64,000 nucleotides of DNA from Deltaproteobacteria bacterium (GCA_033763315.1 JANRKS010000005.1:32001-96000); one strand, 5' to 3'; counted from the stretch's first letter, positions 10,857-22,526 are shown. Program-made: numbers and translations. The notes: generated from the sequence alone by a model not told the origin.

Positions 10857-13145
10857 CTAGCGCGCGACCAGGTCCTTCATCCACGGCACGTCAGCGGGCC
10901 GCACAGGCTTAATGAGCTCGGCCTTCCATTCCTCATCGGTGAGGCGCTTCCAGTTCTCGGTTGTGTGCTGGATGTAGCTTGAGACCAACCCTGCGTAGGC
11001 GCGCGGTCCTGCGCAGGTGTTAACCGTGGTGACCATCAACCGCGCATAGCCCGTTGCCACGTGCAGGATCCGCCCCACTTCGCCACCGCCCTCGTCGGTG
11101 GGTTGTGTGTGAACATCAGCGATGGTGGGGTCAAACTCAAGCGCATTGCCAAAGAACAGTTCCTTGTACCAGCCCTTTTCAAAGAAGCCGCCGCCGCAAA
11201 TATTCTGAATCACCACCGCTTGGTTGATGAACTGCATGTGCGCCGCCGTGAACGGCTTTTCGTCTCGCTGGAATTCCGCCATCTCTTGCAAGATGCCCAT
11301 GATTTCTTGCAGCCGTGTGAAATAGGCTTTCGCGCCAGCGACCACGGTACCCGCGCCCACAAGCGGCTGCAAAGCGGCTTGCCCCTTGGCGGCGAAGGCA
11401 GCCACGGCCGCGTAGAACGCTGGGTAAGGATCGATGAAGGCATCGGGAAACTCGCACACGGCCCCACCCGTATACGATTGTTTGGCGTAAAGGATGGTGT
11501 CGTGACGAAGCTCGGCCCACGAAGCCAACTGCGTGTTGAGCATGCGACGGCCCCAGGCTTCCGTGGTCGCCACTGCGGGCAACTTCGCTGCCGCATCAGG
11601 CGATAACGTGCGCAACGCTGAAAGCCAGTGGTTGTATAAGTTGGCGCTCCAGAACGCTGGGCCATGGGCATCAGCCAAAACGCGCATCGCGGCTAGATCA
11701 GGCGCATAGGGAAAGGCTTGCAGTTCGGGCTTAAGCAAAGCGGCTGCTTGGTTGTTGCCTAATGCCGCGAATGCCGCGTCCAATGGGTCGGGCATCATCC
11801 GCTTAACGGTGCCGAGTGCCACACGATCGTAAACCACGTTGCTGAACACGTGCGAATCGATCACATACCGCTGGCCCAACAACAAGAACGTGCGCGACAG
11901 CGGCAGCGTGCCTTTGTTGAGGCCATTGACCATGTAGTGGCTGGAGATACGTTGACGGCCAAGATCTCCTGCCACCAAGGCGTCTAGGATGGTTGCATCA
12001 GGCAAGGCCTGCACAGCGGCAACAGAATCGGCGCCGATCCCCGCGAGCATTGCTTCAAGCTGTGGCGCGGTCATGTTGTCCGACTCGCCGACGAACGATT
12101 CGATGGTGCTGTCGATGCGCGCAAAGCTGGCGCGCGCGGGTGCGTCCATCAGTGCCACCAAGCTAAAGCCCGCGTCGAATTGGCGGCGGCGGAACACCTG
12201 CGATCCGTCGTCCTGCGTTTCCAGAATGCGAAAATCAATGCGGCCAAGCCACATCATCGCGCGGAAGTACCGAGTGAGCTCAGGCGAATCGGTGTAATGC
12301 CCGCGTGGCGTGAACTGTGAAAAATCCATCCTTCGCTCGGAATCAAACAGCTTCAGTTTTTCTGCGCCTCTTGCGGCAATGGCTTTCGCAACAAAGGCGG
12401 CGATGTCCTTTTCGGAGGCGCCGGCCACGGGCGGTGCCATTTCCGTTTCGTTCAACAGTGACAAAGCCACCGCCAGATAGAAGTCGGCGTCCTTTTGCGC
12501 CACCGGACCCAAAGCGGCAATGGTGCCCGCTTTTAAGTTGGTGCGCATACGTAAAAGCAGTGACTTCAACTCGGGGATAAGCACCGACGTTTCAATTGCC
12601 TTCAAGATGTCGTCGTAAGAGCGGTGCAAAGCGAACAAGATTGAATCGGCTGAAACGAACACAGGCAAGTCTTGGCTGTATATGGTCTGATACCCGTAGG
12701 CGAACGTTGGATAGCGGTAGCGATCTGTCACCACGAAGCCATTCGTCTTTAAGATCTGCGTTTCCGCGTCGTTGAGCTTCAACTCCGAACCTTGAATCAG
12801 CGATAGGTTTTGTGCAGCGAGAGGGTCGTAACCCAAGGTCGACGCAAACGCCGTGGGATAACGCGTGGCGAGTGCTTCCGGGGTGAGGCTCTTAAGGTCG
12901 CCCAACGAAACCGCCAACTGTTGGCGCTCTAAAGCTTCCGTGGGCGAAGCTGCAACGGTCACCTTGGTTCCGGGATCCAAAGGCACCGAGGTGATGCCAC
13001 CGCCGTGGCCACCGCCTGCGCCGGGCGCCCCTGCATTACCGCCCGCACCGGGCCCGGTCGATTGCCCGCCGGAACAGCCAACCATGCTGCTCAACATGGC
13101 AAGGGATAGTGCACCTACAACCTTCGTTACGCGCCCCATGGTCAT
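10857..13145 (-). CDS. DUF3160 family lipoprotein
   Basis: Lipobox MVGC; [46 protein letters not shown]. Confidence 0.88.
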   Translation of the reverse strand: MTMGRVTKVVGALSLAMLSSMVGCSGGQSTGPGAGGNAGAPGAGGGHGGGITSVPLDPGTKVTVAASPTEALERQQLAVSLGDLKSLTPEALATRYPTAFASTLGYDPLAAQNLSLIQGSELKLNDAETQILKTNGFVVTDRYRYPTFAYGYQTIYSQDLPVFVSADSILFALHRSYDDILKAIETSVLIPELKSLLLRMRTNLKAGTIAALGPVAQKDADFYLAVALSLLNETEMAPPVAGASEKDIAAFVAKAIAARGAEKLKLFDSERRMDFSQFTPRGHYTDSPELTRYFRAMMWLGRIDFRILETQDDGSQVFRRRQFDAGFSLVALMDAPARASFARIDSTIESFVGESDNMTAPQLEAMLAGIGADSVAAVQALPDATILDALVAGDLGRQRISSHYMVNGLNKGTLPLSRTFLLLGQRYVIDSHVFSNVVYDRVALGTVKRMMPDPLDAAFAALGNNQAAALLKPELQAFPYAPDLAAMRVLADAHGPAFWSANLYNHWLSALRTLSPDAAAKLPAVATTEAWGRRMLNTQLASWAELRHDTILYAKQSYTGGAVCEFPDAFIDPYPAFYAAVAAFAAKGQAALQPLVGAGTVVAGAKAYFTRLQEIMGILQEMAEFQRDEKPFTAAHMQFINQAVVIQNICGGGFFEKGWYKELFFGNALEFDPTIADVHTQPTDEGGGEVGRILHVATGYARLMVTTVNTCAGPRAYAGLVSSYIQHTTENWKRLTDEEWKAELIKPVRPADVPWMKDLVAR

Positions 13146-13298
13146 GCGCGCGTTGCGCTGCAAGTCGTAAGCCAACGGGAGTTCATGGAAGGGGCGTGCT
13201 TAATGCCAACGGCCTCAAACTGATCCTCGAAAATCTGAGGGGCACTGGTGAGGTTGTCGCAGTTTTGCGCTGGCCAACGCTCCACGATACCGCTCCAG

Positions 13299-13520
13299 TC
13301 AGCGGCGTGCCCGCCTTCGGCGCGATAAGACAAAGACTAGCCACGCCACACCAAAACCCGCACCGCGTGCATTCGCGCCACCGTACGCACAGCTTCCGCC
13401 CCCAGTGTCAGCAGCCGTTCCGGCGTCTGGCGCCATTGCAACATCGAACGGAATCGCCGCTCGTGATGAAGATGAGTAGGTATGAGGGTAAAGGATCGCA
13501 TGTTCGGCGCCAGGTTTCAG
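13299..13520 (-). pseudogene. Orphan C-terminal fragment with MYXO-CTERM-like sorting tail
   Basis: GGGSCAYGG..hydrophobic stretch..SRRRRARR; the gene body is missing and the fragment abuts the dif-like site. Confidence 0.55.
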
Positions 13521-13537
13521 GGGACCGGGGGAAACGA

Positions 13538-13565
13538 AGTTTACGGAAGGGGTGTTGTCCGCCAT
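13538..13565. other. dif/Xer-like recombination site 1
   Basis: agtttacggaa-ggggtg-ttgtccgccat with conserved left flank ccgggggaaacga. Confidence 0.6.
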
Positions 13566-13874
13566 CTGCGGCTGGGCGCCACCTTTGTCGCGAGTGCAAA
13601 TGCAGCTTGAATGTCCTAAGTGCGCCAACCCCAGCGATCACATCCACGGCAGCGCAACAAAGCGGTGCTAGGCGCGTTCATCAACTCAACGCCGATTGAA
13701 GTGTTTGAACAGAGGCGCGGTTGGCCGCCCTAGCCCGCGGGATCCGGTCTTGCCACAGCACAAAGCGCCTACGACCGGCGCCTCGTGGATCCGTGATCAA
13801 TAGTAGTTTTGTACCTGTAGATCAGGTGATATCTGCGTCTGACGCCTTCCTCGTCGCTCAGATAGCATCTATGG

Positions 13875-15452
13875 ATGCACAAGCGTACAGCAGTATCGTC
13901 GCGCGTCGCAGACCGCCGGTTATTCCTTCGTGGTGCCGGCGGCGTGGTCGTTGGCCTGCCTTTTCTGCCTTCAATCCTCACCCGCCAGGCCCATGCAGCA
14001 GACCCCGTGCCGTCCAGGAGGAAGTTCTTCTATGCGATGGTCACAGAGCACGGAGGCGCTTGGGACAGCAACTTCTTCCCGTCTCAGAGCCTGCTGACTC
14101 AGAAGACCAACTACGCCGCCGCCGGGCACGACATCCGTTGGGGCGAGCTCACTCCGCAGAGCAGCGGCGGACAAACAAGCCTCTCTAAGGTTTTGACGGC
14201 ACCGTCAAGCTCGCTTTCGCCTTCGCTGTTGCGGAAGATCAACGTCATCCGCGGGCTTGATACCGCCATGCACATTGGTCACAACCGCGGCGGGGTGTTG
14301 GGCAATTTCGCCGACACGAACGGCCAGAACCAGCTAGGCCTTTCGCACCGCCCCACCTTGGATCAAATCATGGCGTGGTCCCCGGCCGTCTATGCGACGC
14401 CTCAATCACTCAAGCTGCGCAGCATGGCTTACGGACCATCGTGGGGTTATGCCAATCCAGCCGCGCAATCGGGCACCGTGCAAAAAGTAGGGGACGCCGG
14501 CAGCTCGCGAGATCTGTTCGACAAGATCTTCACGCCCCAAGGCACTGTCACTCCGGTGCCGGTTCGCAAGCCCATCGTGGATAAGATCATCGCGAACTAC
14601 AGACGCTTGCGGGATTCCGACCGCAGGTTGTCGGCGGATGATCGGCGGCGCTTGGAGGCGCATATGGCGTTGCTTGCAGAAACCGAAGCGCGCCTAGCCA
14701 ACGCGAACAGCGAAGCGTTTTCGTGTGGCAAAAACACAAAGCCTACCGAAAGCCACTCGGACAATTACGGCAATATGACCAAGTACGTGAACCTTCTGCA
14801 CGACGTGTTCGCAGTTGCGTTTGCCTGCGGTTCCAGTCGCATTGCAACAGTTTCACTTTATCCATTTGTGGGTGAGGGCGGCGGTGACTGGCACCAAAGC
14901 GTGGCTCACCAATGGCAAACCAACAGCGCACAAGATCACTTGGTCAAGTTCTACGCGTCAGTGTTTCGGAACGCATTCTTGAACTTTGCAAACAAGCTTG
15001 ATGCAATCGCGTCCGGGCCGGGCCGAACCCTTCTAGATGATTCGCTGCTGATGTGGACGCAAGAATCCGGCATGGAAACGCATTGGCAAGTCTCGATCCC
15101 GGTGGTCACCGCTGGGGGTGCCGGAGGCGCCATCAAGACAGGCTCGTTCATCGACTACCGCAACATGAACTCGCCGCATAAATACTTGGCTGGCGAAGTG
15201 ACCTGGGCGGGCACTGACGACAAAGCACGCATACACGGCCTGCTGTACAACCAGTTCTTGGCCACCGCCTTGTTGGCCATGGGCGTGCAACGTCCCGAAT
15301 TTGAGCGCTGGGGACACAAGGGCTTCGGTCACGTGGGATTTGGCACCGTGCCCAACGAATACCCCCACGCAACCACCCGGTCGTACTATCAAGGCGAAAC
15401 CGGCAAGTTGTTCCAAATCGCAAGCGATCCCTTGCCAGTTCTTAGCGCCTGA
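13875..15452 (+). CDS. DUF1552 family protein
   Basis: DRRLFLRG..VGLPFLPSI, TLDQIMAWSP, LSADDRRRLEAH, LLDDSLLMW; paralog of 3133..4623. Confidence 0.85.
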   Translation: MHKRTAVSSRVADRRLFLRGAGGVVVGLPFLPSILTRQAHAADPVPSRRKFFYAMVTEHGGAWDSNFFPSQSLLTQKTNYAAAGHDIRWGELTPQSSGGQTSLSKVLTAPSSSLSPSLLRKINVIRGLDTAMHIGHNRGGVLGNFADTNGQNQLGLSHRPTLDQIMAWSPAVYATPQSLKLRSMAYGPSWGYANPAAQSGTVQKVGDAGSSRDLFDKIFTPQGTVTPVPVRKPIVDKIIANYRRLRDSDRRLSADDRRRLEAHMALLAETEARLANANSEAFSCGKNTKPTESHSDNYGNMTKYVNLLHDVFAVAFACGSSRIATVSLYPFVGEGGGDWHQSVAHQWQTNSAQDHLVKFYASVFRNAFLNFANKLDAIASGPGRTLLDDSLLMWTQESGMETHWQVSIPVVTAGGAGGAIKTGSFIDYRNMNSPHKYLAGEVTWAGTDDKARIHGLLYNQFLATALLAMGVQRPEFERWGHKGFGHVGFGTVPNEYPHATTRSYYQGETGKLFQIASDPLPVLSA

Positions 15453-15590
15453 GAGCTCAGCCGACCTCGAACTCCGGTCTCTATAGGCAACAAGCGCTTT
15501 GTGGCCGTCGGAGAAAACACGCGCGGGCGTCCTCAATCCTCTGTTCCGGCAGCCTATACGGAGCGGTGGGTTCAAGTCGAAGCGTCTACG

Positions 15591-15818
15591 CTACGCGGGT
15601 GCAACGCTTGCTCTGGCTCGTAACGTGATGAACGCGCTACGGGTGTGATTGTGCGCGATCACTCCTACCGCCAACGCCAAGTAAATCGACACGGGACACA
15701 GAATGGGGATCCACTGTGGCCGCGCATACTGCAGCCCCGCGGCTATCGACAGCGCCGCCCACACAACGGTTCGCCAGCCGTTATTGTTTCGCAGCAGCAC
15801 GGGCCGTGAGCTCTGCAC
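15591..15818 (-). CDS. Small hydrophobic hypothetical protein or fragment
   Basis: 75 aa ORF with two hydrophobic segments. Confidence 0.3.
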   Translation of the reverse strand: MQSSRPVLLRNNNGWRTVVWAALSIAAGLQYARPQWIPILCPVSIYLALAVGVIAHNHTRSAFITLRARASVAPA

Positions 15819-15848
15819 GCCAGCCCAATCGCCCGCGGCTATGTGCGT

Positions 15849-16403
15849 TCAGTGTGAAGCGCTCGTTGGCGTGCCGATGGCGGTCAGGGCGCTCACAATA
15901 TCAGCGCTCACAGGAGTTGGTTCGGGCCCTTCGCTGCGCTGTCTGGCCACGTTCGCTGCGTCTTTGAGCGTCACGATGCCCAATAACAGGTTGTCGCTGT
16001 TTAACACCGGAAGCCTGTTTACTTGCGCGGAGCTCATACGTTGAAGGGCACGGTCCGCCGTGTCCGTTGGCATCGTGACGACGGCGGCAGCCAATGAATC
16101 CGTCGGCCTGCACGTGGCAACGGATGTGGTCATGATTCCTTCCACGATCGTTCCTCGGCCGCTCTGGCTAAGCCGACTACGAAATTTTCTGAGTTGTTCC
16201 GCGGCGCTCTCCACGGCGTCGGCAGTCATGCCCTTTAGGTGTTCAGCGGCGGCACTCGGATCAGGGAGATTCTTCTCGATGGTTTTCCACTCGCTGCGCA
16301 ACTCCATGCCCGCCAAATGCAGATCGACGACGATTTGCTCGCGAAGCGATTTGAGTTCAGCAAGCTTATCCTGCACCTTGTCTCGTAAAGTTTGGTTCGC
16401 CAT
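15849..16403 (-). CDS. CBS-domain protein, probably internally deleted
   Basis: Coiled N-terminus, then IMTTSVATCRPTDSL..M jumping directly to PTDTADRALQRMSSAQVNRLPVL. Confidence 0.65.
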   Translation of the reverse strand: MANQTLRDKVQDKLAELKSLREQIVVDLHLAGMELRSEWKTIEKNLPDPSAAAEHLKGMTADAVESAAEQLRKFRSRLSQSGRGTIVEGIMTTSVATCRPTDSLAAAVVTMPTDTADRALQRMSSAQVNRLPVLNSDNLLLGIVTLKDAANVARQRSEGPEPTPVSADIVSALTAIGTPTSASH

Positions 16404-16609
16404 GGAATCCTCCGGGGTGTTTCAGCTTCCTCGGCTCGCTGCAATGGTTGTTCCATACCTCCCTCCCATAAGAACGCGGCGCATGGCGGTCGTTGAGTCA
16501 ACCGACGTAACTGTGGAGAAGCGGCGGGCGGCAGCCGAAACGGATGCCATAAGGAAGCGTTCGGCGGCGTCCCCGGGCGATTAACAGGAGTTCAATCTCG
16601 CGCCATGAC

Positions 16610-18748
16610 CTACGGCCCCGCAGCCTCAGTCTCTTTGGCTGCCGCCACACGCTTGGTTACGTCATCCAGCAACGGCACGATGTCGGTGGAGAAGAAGTCC
16701 ATGTCCCCGGCTAGCTCCGGAAATGCTTTGGCATACAGGGGGCCCTGCTTCACCAAGCCCTCCAATTTGCCCTGCCACGTTTCGAGAGCCCGCAGGAGCT
16801 CCGGTCTGTCTGCCACAGCGCCTGCGGCTTTGAGCTTATCCTGCATGAGCAGCAAGAAGGTACGCATGATGTTTCCGTTCATCCGCACCATCGCCGGTAT
16901 GCGCAGGTCTTTCGTATCCTCCGGCACATCTGCCAAGGCGACCTTGAACCATTGCCCATGCAGCAGAAGCGATATGGGCGGCGCTTTGCCATCGCCCCGC
17001 CACAACGGGGCGTGGCCAAAATCACCAAGGCTGGTTTTTGCCTGCGTCTGCACCATCACGCGCTGAGCATTGAACAAGGTTTGCAGCGCGCGGTGTTCGC
17101 CGATCTTGAGCCCATTCCAATAAACGGCTTCAGTTGTGTTGTGGCCAGCGCCGCCCGAATTGAGCAAGCCTTGATCAAGCAACTCACCAATCGTGAACCA
17201 GTTGTGAGAGAAGTCGCCCGCGAATTCTTCGGTGGCGTCGCGTTTTCCTTGGGGCAGCTCCGCACGAACGTCCTCTGGAAACTGCGTAGCATAGCCCTCT
17301 TGGCAAGGTGGATCGTTCGCGCAGGGCGGACCGATGGTCGTGTTGCCCGTATTCCACCACGGGTTCATGTAGCCGCTTTTGTGATCTTCGAAAGGCACAG
17401 GGCCAAGCTCAAACCATCCTGGCTTTTTCATTAAAGCCATCCGAAAAAAGTGCTGCGCCAACAACACAGACTCATATTTTCCCTGCATGATGCTTGTGAG
17501 CCAGTTGCCGTGCCCAAGCTTGCCGTTGGCCTCGAACCAGTCGTCATAACCACCATCGTTTGTCATCTTGTCGACAGCGTTGAGCAAGGCATAAAGAGTG
17601 GTATTGGTGGGGTTCGCGGTATAGGCGTCCATAAGCTTGTACCAAGCGTCTTTTTGCGCGGCGTGTGGCACACGCGGCAACTGCGGAATCCAGTCGTTGA
17701 TGGATCTGTGCTCTTCACCGTTAAAGGCGTCCTCAGTCCACCGGGCGAAGTGAATGCCAAGCTTTGTTTTGCGTAGGTCGAGCGTAGAGAGCTCATCCCT
17801 GACCGCTTGCGCCCTGGCCAAGGAATCCACCTTGGACGTCATCAGCAGCGACTTTGAAGCCACAAGGTTCTGCAGAAACGAATGATCTTGCTCGGCGCGC
17901 GTAGTTCCTGGCAACGGCTGACCACCTGGCTGAAACGGGCGCCAGTCTGTGGTGCAGGGCCGCGTGATGTTGAATCGCTTACGTTGCGCATGCACCAGAT
18001 CTCGTACGACCAGAGCCTGCTCGCTTGTCAGATGCAAAGTAGCCCGTCGCAGGATCGCGTCGTCTCGATAAGCGATCACGGCAAGATCGATGGCGTCTGG
18101 GCTGTGGCAATTGGCGCACGCCATTCCTTTCGGATCGGGCATGCGCCACATAGCCAAGCCTTTCTGATAGGCCTCCTCGACCTGGGCGTTGTCCCAGTCA
18201 ACCTCTGCCGCAAGAGCGCCACTGCCGGGTTTGATCGATTCAGGACGCCTCGAAAGCGTCCCGAAATCCGCGCGCAGCTCGCTGTCGGGCAGCACGGAGG
18301 CAGCAAAGGCAGGCATGCCATGGCCACCCATGCGCACCCGGCTTATGTATGTGGCTTCGTCTAGTTTTCCAGGCAGCGGCGGGTACTTTCCCTGCCCTTC
18401 GCCGTAGCCACCGTGACAGGTTGAGCACGTGCTTTTGTAAACTGCGCTTAGCTTCACGCCATCCGGCAGGCCCACGCCATAACCCGGGGCCGCCACGGTG
18501 GGGCAGTCCAACATGCCCACAATCGTGGGCCCGGCGTCACCGTCGCCTGGCATGGGGCCATACGTGACGCTGCCCGTTGTCGAACCAACGTTGCCCGGCT
18601 TGTCGACGCCCCCAGCCCCTGCTTTGCCCGCGCCCCCGCCGGAATCATCGAGTCCTTCCTCTGGGATCCGTACCGCTCCGGAACAACCAGCCGCCACCAA
18701 CACCACCACAACGAACGTGGAAAAACCGTAACCTGCAGGGTTCCTCAT
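16610..18748 (-). CDS. Large di-heme c-type cytochrome lipoprotein
   Basis: Lipobox AAGC; CSTCH and CANCH; shares GMLDCP, CHSPDAI, WRPFQPGG.PLPG and W.ED.FNG..HRS.NDW with 884..3100. Confidence 0.78.
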   Translation of the reverse strand: MRNPAGYGFSTFVVVVLVAAGCSGAVRIPEEGLDDSGGGAGKAGAGGVDKPGNVGSTTGSVTYGPMPGDGDAGPTIVGMLDCPTVAAPGYGVGLPDGVKLSAVYKSTCSTCHGGYGEGQGKYPPLPGKLDEATYISRVRMGGHGMPAFAASVLPDSELRADFGTLSRRPESIKPGSGALAAEVDWDNAQVEEAYQKGLAMWRMPDPKGMACANCHSPDAIDLAVIAYRDDAILRRATLHLTSEQALVVRDLVHAQRKRFNITRPCTTDWRPFQPGGQPLPGTTRAEQDHSFLQNLVASKSLLMTSKVDSLARAQAVRDELSTLDLRKTKLGIHFARWTEDAFNGEEHRSINDWIPQLPRVPHAAQKDAWYKLMDAYTANPTNTTLYALLNAVDKMTNDGGYDDWFEANGKLGHGNWLTSIMQGKYESVLLAQHFFRMALMKKPGWFELGPVPFEDHKSGYMNPWWNTGNTTIGPPCANDPPCQEGYATQFPEDVRAELPQGKRDATEEFAGDFSHNWFTIGELLDQGLLNSGGAGHNTTEAVYWNGLKIGEHRALQTLFNAQRVMVQTQAKTSLGDFGHAPLWRGDGKAPPISLLLHGQWFKVALADVPEDTKDLRIPAMVRMNGNIMRTFLLLMQDKLKAAGAVADRPELLRALETWQGKLEGLVKQGPLYAKAFPELAGDMDFFSTDIVPLLDDVTKRVAAAKETEAAGP

Positions 18749-18974
18749 AAGGCCCTTCTGGCTGCGACTTTCGATACCGGCTCAAAAATCGTATCGCTTC
18801 GTAACGCGAACTGCCCATGCACGTTCCGACAGGTTGCCCGGGAACGAAAGTGGTTTGCTTGTCGACCTCGGGCTGCGACGTCTGCCCGTTGAGATCAAGC
18901 TGGGAGAGACGGTGGTGTTCGATTTCCTGGTCGACAAGCACTACCCATAGACACTCCGTTGTGCGGGCTGGGGG

Positions 18975-20141
18975 CTAGCGCCCTAGCTCGTCGAGCGCAC
19001 GACGCGCGTCTCGGCGTACGCGATCACTTGGATCGCGCAGCGCCTGCTCAAGCAAGGGTCGAGCCTGCGTGGGCGCGTTTTCCGCAAGCACCCGCAGCGC
19101 GTGCCGCCGATCATCAGAGTTGCTTGCGCTTGTGGCCTGGCTCTGCAAGCGCGTCGACTCTTTCTCAAACGCACTCCCATCGCCCATGCGCTTAAGAGCG
19201 AGTGCCGCGTCAAGCGCTGACGGACCTGTGCCGTCGCCGTAGCTTTGGCGTAGTGCGCCTAGCGCTTGCGCATCGCCCACTTCGCCAAGTCCCCTTATCG
19301 CTTCGCCTTGCACTTCGAAGTCTTTGTCGGCAAGCGCCCGCAAGAGACCCTGCACAGATTCCGGTCCACCCAAATCATGCAACCCGCGGACGGCATCCAT
19401 GCGCGCGCGTGAGTCTTTGTCGACCAACAGTGCGGCAATGTCATTGGCTGCTGCTGAGCGCACGGCGGGGTCGGTAGAGTTCTCGGCCATGTCGGCCAAA
19501 GCTTTGGCGGCGCGCCCACGCACGCTGGAATCGGCATCGGTCAGTAACGCCTTCATCGCCGGGATATGCGCAGGACTCTCCAGACTCTCGAGCGCGTCGA
19601 TCGCTTCCTTCCGAATGCGCGCATCGGGGTCGGCCAACAGGCCTTTGATTGCCGCCAGCGCCTGCGGGTCGGTTTTCACGCGCCCGCGCATGCGGCGCAA
19701 AGCCTGTCGCCGTTCGTCGGCGTCGTCAGATGAAAGCAACGCCTGCTCCGTGTCGCCCCCGTTTGCCGCGCGCTCTTGTAACTGCGCGACCTGACGTGAC
19801 AGTTCGGCGACTGCATTTGCCAACGATGCGCTCTCTGCTCCTTCCGATGATGGATCAATGACGAAGACGGGCGGCGGCAAACGGGTTGGCTGCGTATGAT
19901 CAAAGCCTGCTTCAAGCGCGCTTAACCGTGCCGTCAGTTCCCGCACATTGCCGCTCCGGACGCCGCCCATCACCGCAATCGCGGAAACTGTGCCAGCAAA
20001 GGGCACAGCGAAAGCGAACAACCATACGAAAGCGGAAGGCCCACTATGGGGAGGGGCGGAACCATGCCGCCCTGCATCGTTGCCACGCGGCTGCGCAGGG
20101 GCCACTTCGGTCTTAGAACTGTGTTGACGAAACGGTTGCAT
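18975..20141 (-). CDS. HEAT-repeat membrane protein
   Basis: One TM segment, then repeated LLADPDARIR/LLTDADSSVR/ALADKDFEVQ/ALRDPSDRVR units. Confidence 0.8.
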   Translation of the reverse strand: MQPFRQHSSKTEVAPAQPRGNDAGRHGSAPPHSGPSAFVWLFAFAVPFAGTVSAIAVMGGVRSGNVRELTARLSALEAGFDHTQPTRLPPPVFVIDPSSEGAESASLANAVAELSRQVAQLQERAANGGDTEQALLSSDDADERRQALRRMRGRVKTDPQALAAIKGLLADPDARIRKEAIDALESLESPAHIPAMKALLTDADSSVRGRAAKALADMAENSTDPAVRSAAANDIAALLVDKDSRARMDAVRGLHDLGGPESVQGLLRALADKDFEVQGEAIRGLGEVGDAQALGALRQSYGDGTGPSALDAALALKRMGDGSAFEKESTRLQSQATSASNSDDRRHALRVLAENAPTQARPLLEQALRDPSDRVRRDARRALDELGR

Positions 20142-20256
20142 GACGTCTCTACTGGTCGGGACGGCGGACCGTGCAAAAGCGTCACAAGATCGCCAAATAA
20201 CGAAGTCTCAAGCCACTTGCTTGAACGTTTTGCTAACTTCGGCGGTAGTACTGACA

Positions 20257-20925
20257 ATGTTCTCCAAGACAATCACCCTGCAACCCGATGCGCTTTGCGC
20301 GAATGTTGGGTCTGATGTCTCCCGTGACGATGAGGCGCGTGAGATACGGCGGTTGTTGCGCGAGGCCCAGGCCGGCGATGAGCGTTCGTTCGGCGCTTTG
20401 GTCCGTCGCTACGAAGGAAGGGCTCTCGCGGTGGCTCGGCGACTTTTGGGCAACCGCGACGATGCGATGGATGCCACCCAGGATGCGCTCTTGCGTCTGT
20501 TTCGTTTTATCGGTCGGGTCGATGGCGAACGCGACTTCGGCGCATGGGTTTATCGGGTTGTGGTGAATGCATCAATGGATCTGATGGAACGCCGACAGCG
20601 TCACGCCGGCGCCTTGCAGGAGATGCAGGCCACCATTGATCCGCAGGACCTTGCCGTGTCTGCCGCCCCAGAGGCAAACGTGGAGGGACAGCGCGTTCGG
20701 GTCGCTGTGTCAGACGTAATCGCGCGCTTGCCGCCAAAAGAACGCGCGGCGCTGATTCTGCGGGACGTTGAAGGTCTATCCACGCGCGAGGTGGCGCGCT
20801 TGCTCGAATCAAGCGAAGCGACGGTACGCTCGCAAATCTGCGCGGCGCGGGGCAAACTGCGGAGCATGCGTGCCACGATGGACGAAGGACACCCAGACGT
20901 AGCGCGAAAGGATGGTGCGCGATGA
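20257..20925 (+). CDS. ECF sigma factor
   Basis: GDERSFGALVRRY, DAMDATQDA, FGAWVYRVVVN, LPPKERAALILRDVEGLS..TVRSQI; start uncertain. Confidence 0.88.
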   Translation: MFSKTITLQPDALCANVGSDVSRDDEAREIRRLLREAQAGDERSFGALVRRYEGRALAVARRLLGNRDDAMDATQDALLRLFRFIGRVDGERDFGAWVYRVVVNASMDLMERRQRHAGALQEMQATIDPQDLAVSAAPEANVEGQRVRVAVSDVIARLPPKERAALILRDVEGLSTREVARLLESSEATVRSQICAARGKLRSMRATMDEGHPDVARKDGAR

Positions 20926-21545
20926 AGTGTCACGCTGTCCAAAAGCTGCTTCCTTTGCACGTGGGTGGGGATCTGCCGTCCATGAAGCTCCGCCTGATTG
21001 ATCAGCACCTCGCCGGTTGCGAACAGTGCGCTTCGTTTGCGCGCGACATGGCCGACGATCGATCGTGGTTGCAGGAAAGCATGATTCGCGATGACGCGGA
21101 GATGCCTTTCGAGAGTCCGGCGGTCTTTCGCATGCACGCACGAGTCATGGATAGGATTGGCGCTGCGCCCGTGGGCCAGACATCGCGCTGGGCGTGGCGC
21201 ACTTCCACCACGATGGGCTGCTTGGGTGTAGCGGCTTTGGGTTTGCTCGCGTTTACCCGTATGCGCGCAAGCCACACCACGCCGGTGGCTTTCACCCCGG
21301 CGGCGCCCTTCGCCACGTCGGTTGAACAAAACACTTTATCTTCAGATGACAACAGTGCGGAAGGCGACTGGCGCCGCCATTGGATGCGCGACAGCGCCCC
21401 CCAAACCAGACCAGGACCTGCGCAACTGCAAACCGCTCGCGGTGCTCTTGCAGCAGTCCGGCCAAAGCCCATCGAGATACCATCCAACAGTGCCACGGTG
21501 CGAATCATTTGGTTCGGCGACGTCGTTCCGGGGCGATCTCTTTGA
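20922..21545 (+). CDS. Zinc-binding anti-sigma factor (zf-HC2)
   Basis: MKC..HLAGCEQC (HxxxCxxC) plus TM segment; ATGA overlap with the sigma gene. Confidence 0.8.
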   Translation: MKCHAVQKLLPLHVGGDLPSMKLRLIDQHLAGCEQCASFARDMADDRSWLQESMIRDDAEMPFESPAVFRMHARVMDRIGAAPVGQTSRWAWRTSTTMGCLGVAALGLLAFTRMRASHTTPVAFTPAAPFATSVEQNTLSSDDNSAEGDWRRHWMRDSAPQTRPGPAQLQTARGALAAVRPKPIEIPSNSATVRIIWFGDVVPGRSL

Positions 21546-22288
21546 TCACAAAAGGTGCGGTCACGAGGGCAGGGTGCAGGCTGATCGGGCGCACGGTTGC
21601 TGTGTTGCTCTGCCTTGCTTTCGACGCAGGAACGGCACAGGCAGAGGCGCCGATGCAAGCGCGCTTGTTCCGCCTCAAGTACCAAGTGTCAGACGATGTG
21701 ATCAAGGCGGTCCGCCCGCTGGCTAGCGGTGCCAAGGGCAGCAAGATAGCCGACACCTCGGCGTTCGAGTCAATTTCGATCTTCGACTATCCAGCCAACG
21801 TTGCGGCTGTAGCGGATGCGATCCGCCAGCTTGACGTACCGGTGGTTGATGTCGCAATTCGTGTGCACGTATTGCTAGCGACCAGCGACGGCGAAGCCGC
21901 AGTGCCCAAAACACTCGCGGCCGTCGTGGCCGAACTGCAGCGGTCGCTCCCTTACCGCTCGTATCATGAGTTAGTCGCCGTGGTTCAACGTGTGCGTTCA
22001 GGCGCCTGGTTCCAATCGAACGGGGACGTGCTGCTTAAACCGCCACTTGCCAACGAGCCCAGCAACGCCCGCTATGCGATGAAGATGCAAGCGACCGCAA
22101 CGGTGGGACCCGGCAAGCTGCGGGACATCGTCGTTCGCGGTGTGGACTTCGACTTTGACACCAAGGGCCTTGGCAGCGTGGACATCAATACCGACTTCAC
22201 CGTCCGTCCTGGTGAAACCGTCGTTGTGGGAACCGCCACCTTGAAGGAACGTGCGGTCGTATTGGTGGTCGCTGCAGAGATAAAGTAA
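21542..22288 (+). CDS. Secreted protein with secretin-N/NolW-like segment
   Basis: Signal peptide; LFRLKY..IFDYPANVAAVADAIRQLDVP; coupled to the anti-sigma gene. Confidence 0.55.
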   Translation: MITKGAVTRAGCRLIGRTVAVLLCLAFDAGTAQAEAPMQARLFRLKYQVSDDVIKAVRPLASGAKGSKIADTSAFESISIFDYPANVAAVADAIRQLDVPVVDVAIRVHVLLATSDGEAAVPKTLAAVVAELQRSLPYRSYHELVAVVQRVRSGAWFQSNGDVLLKPPLANEPSNARYAMKMQATATVGPGKLRDIVVRGVDFDFDTKGLGSVDINTDFTVRPGETVVVGTATLKERAVVLVVAAEIK

Positions 22289-22526
22289 ACACCGACGTGA
22301 ATGCCTCGCCCATCCGCGTTTAGGAAGGGGAAGCACCGCCGCAGAACACGAAGTACGCACCACCGTCGCCAACATCTTGGCCGAAGCAAACGCGTTTACC
22401 GTTGGCATTCTCAACACGAAACGGCATTTGACCAGCGCTTGGTTCGGCGAGGCTAAACGCACCATTCCGTCAAAAGATTTGGACGGTGGAACGGTTCACC
22501 ACGTCGCAAGAGACGCCCCGCGGAAC

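Noticed and set aside
13525-13565. Site 1 as a coding Ig-like motif (DNTPSVNFVSP)
   Set aside because: Nucleotide identity with site 3 includes third positions of AT-ending codons, and site 2 breaks the frame, so the conservation is at DNA level
22317-22331. gtttaggaagggg as a fourth dif-like site
   Set aside because: Short gapped match lacking the right arm and left flank; likely chance
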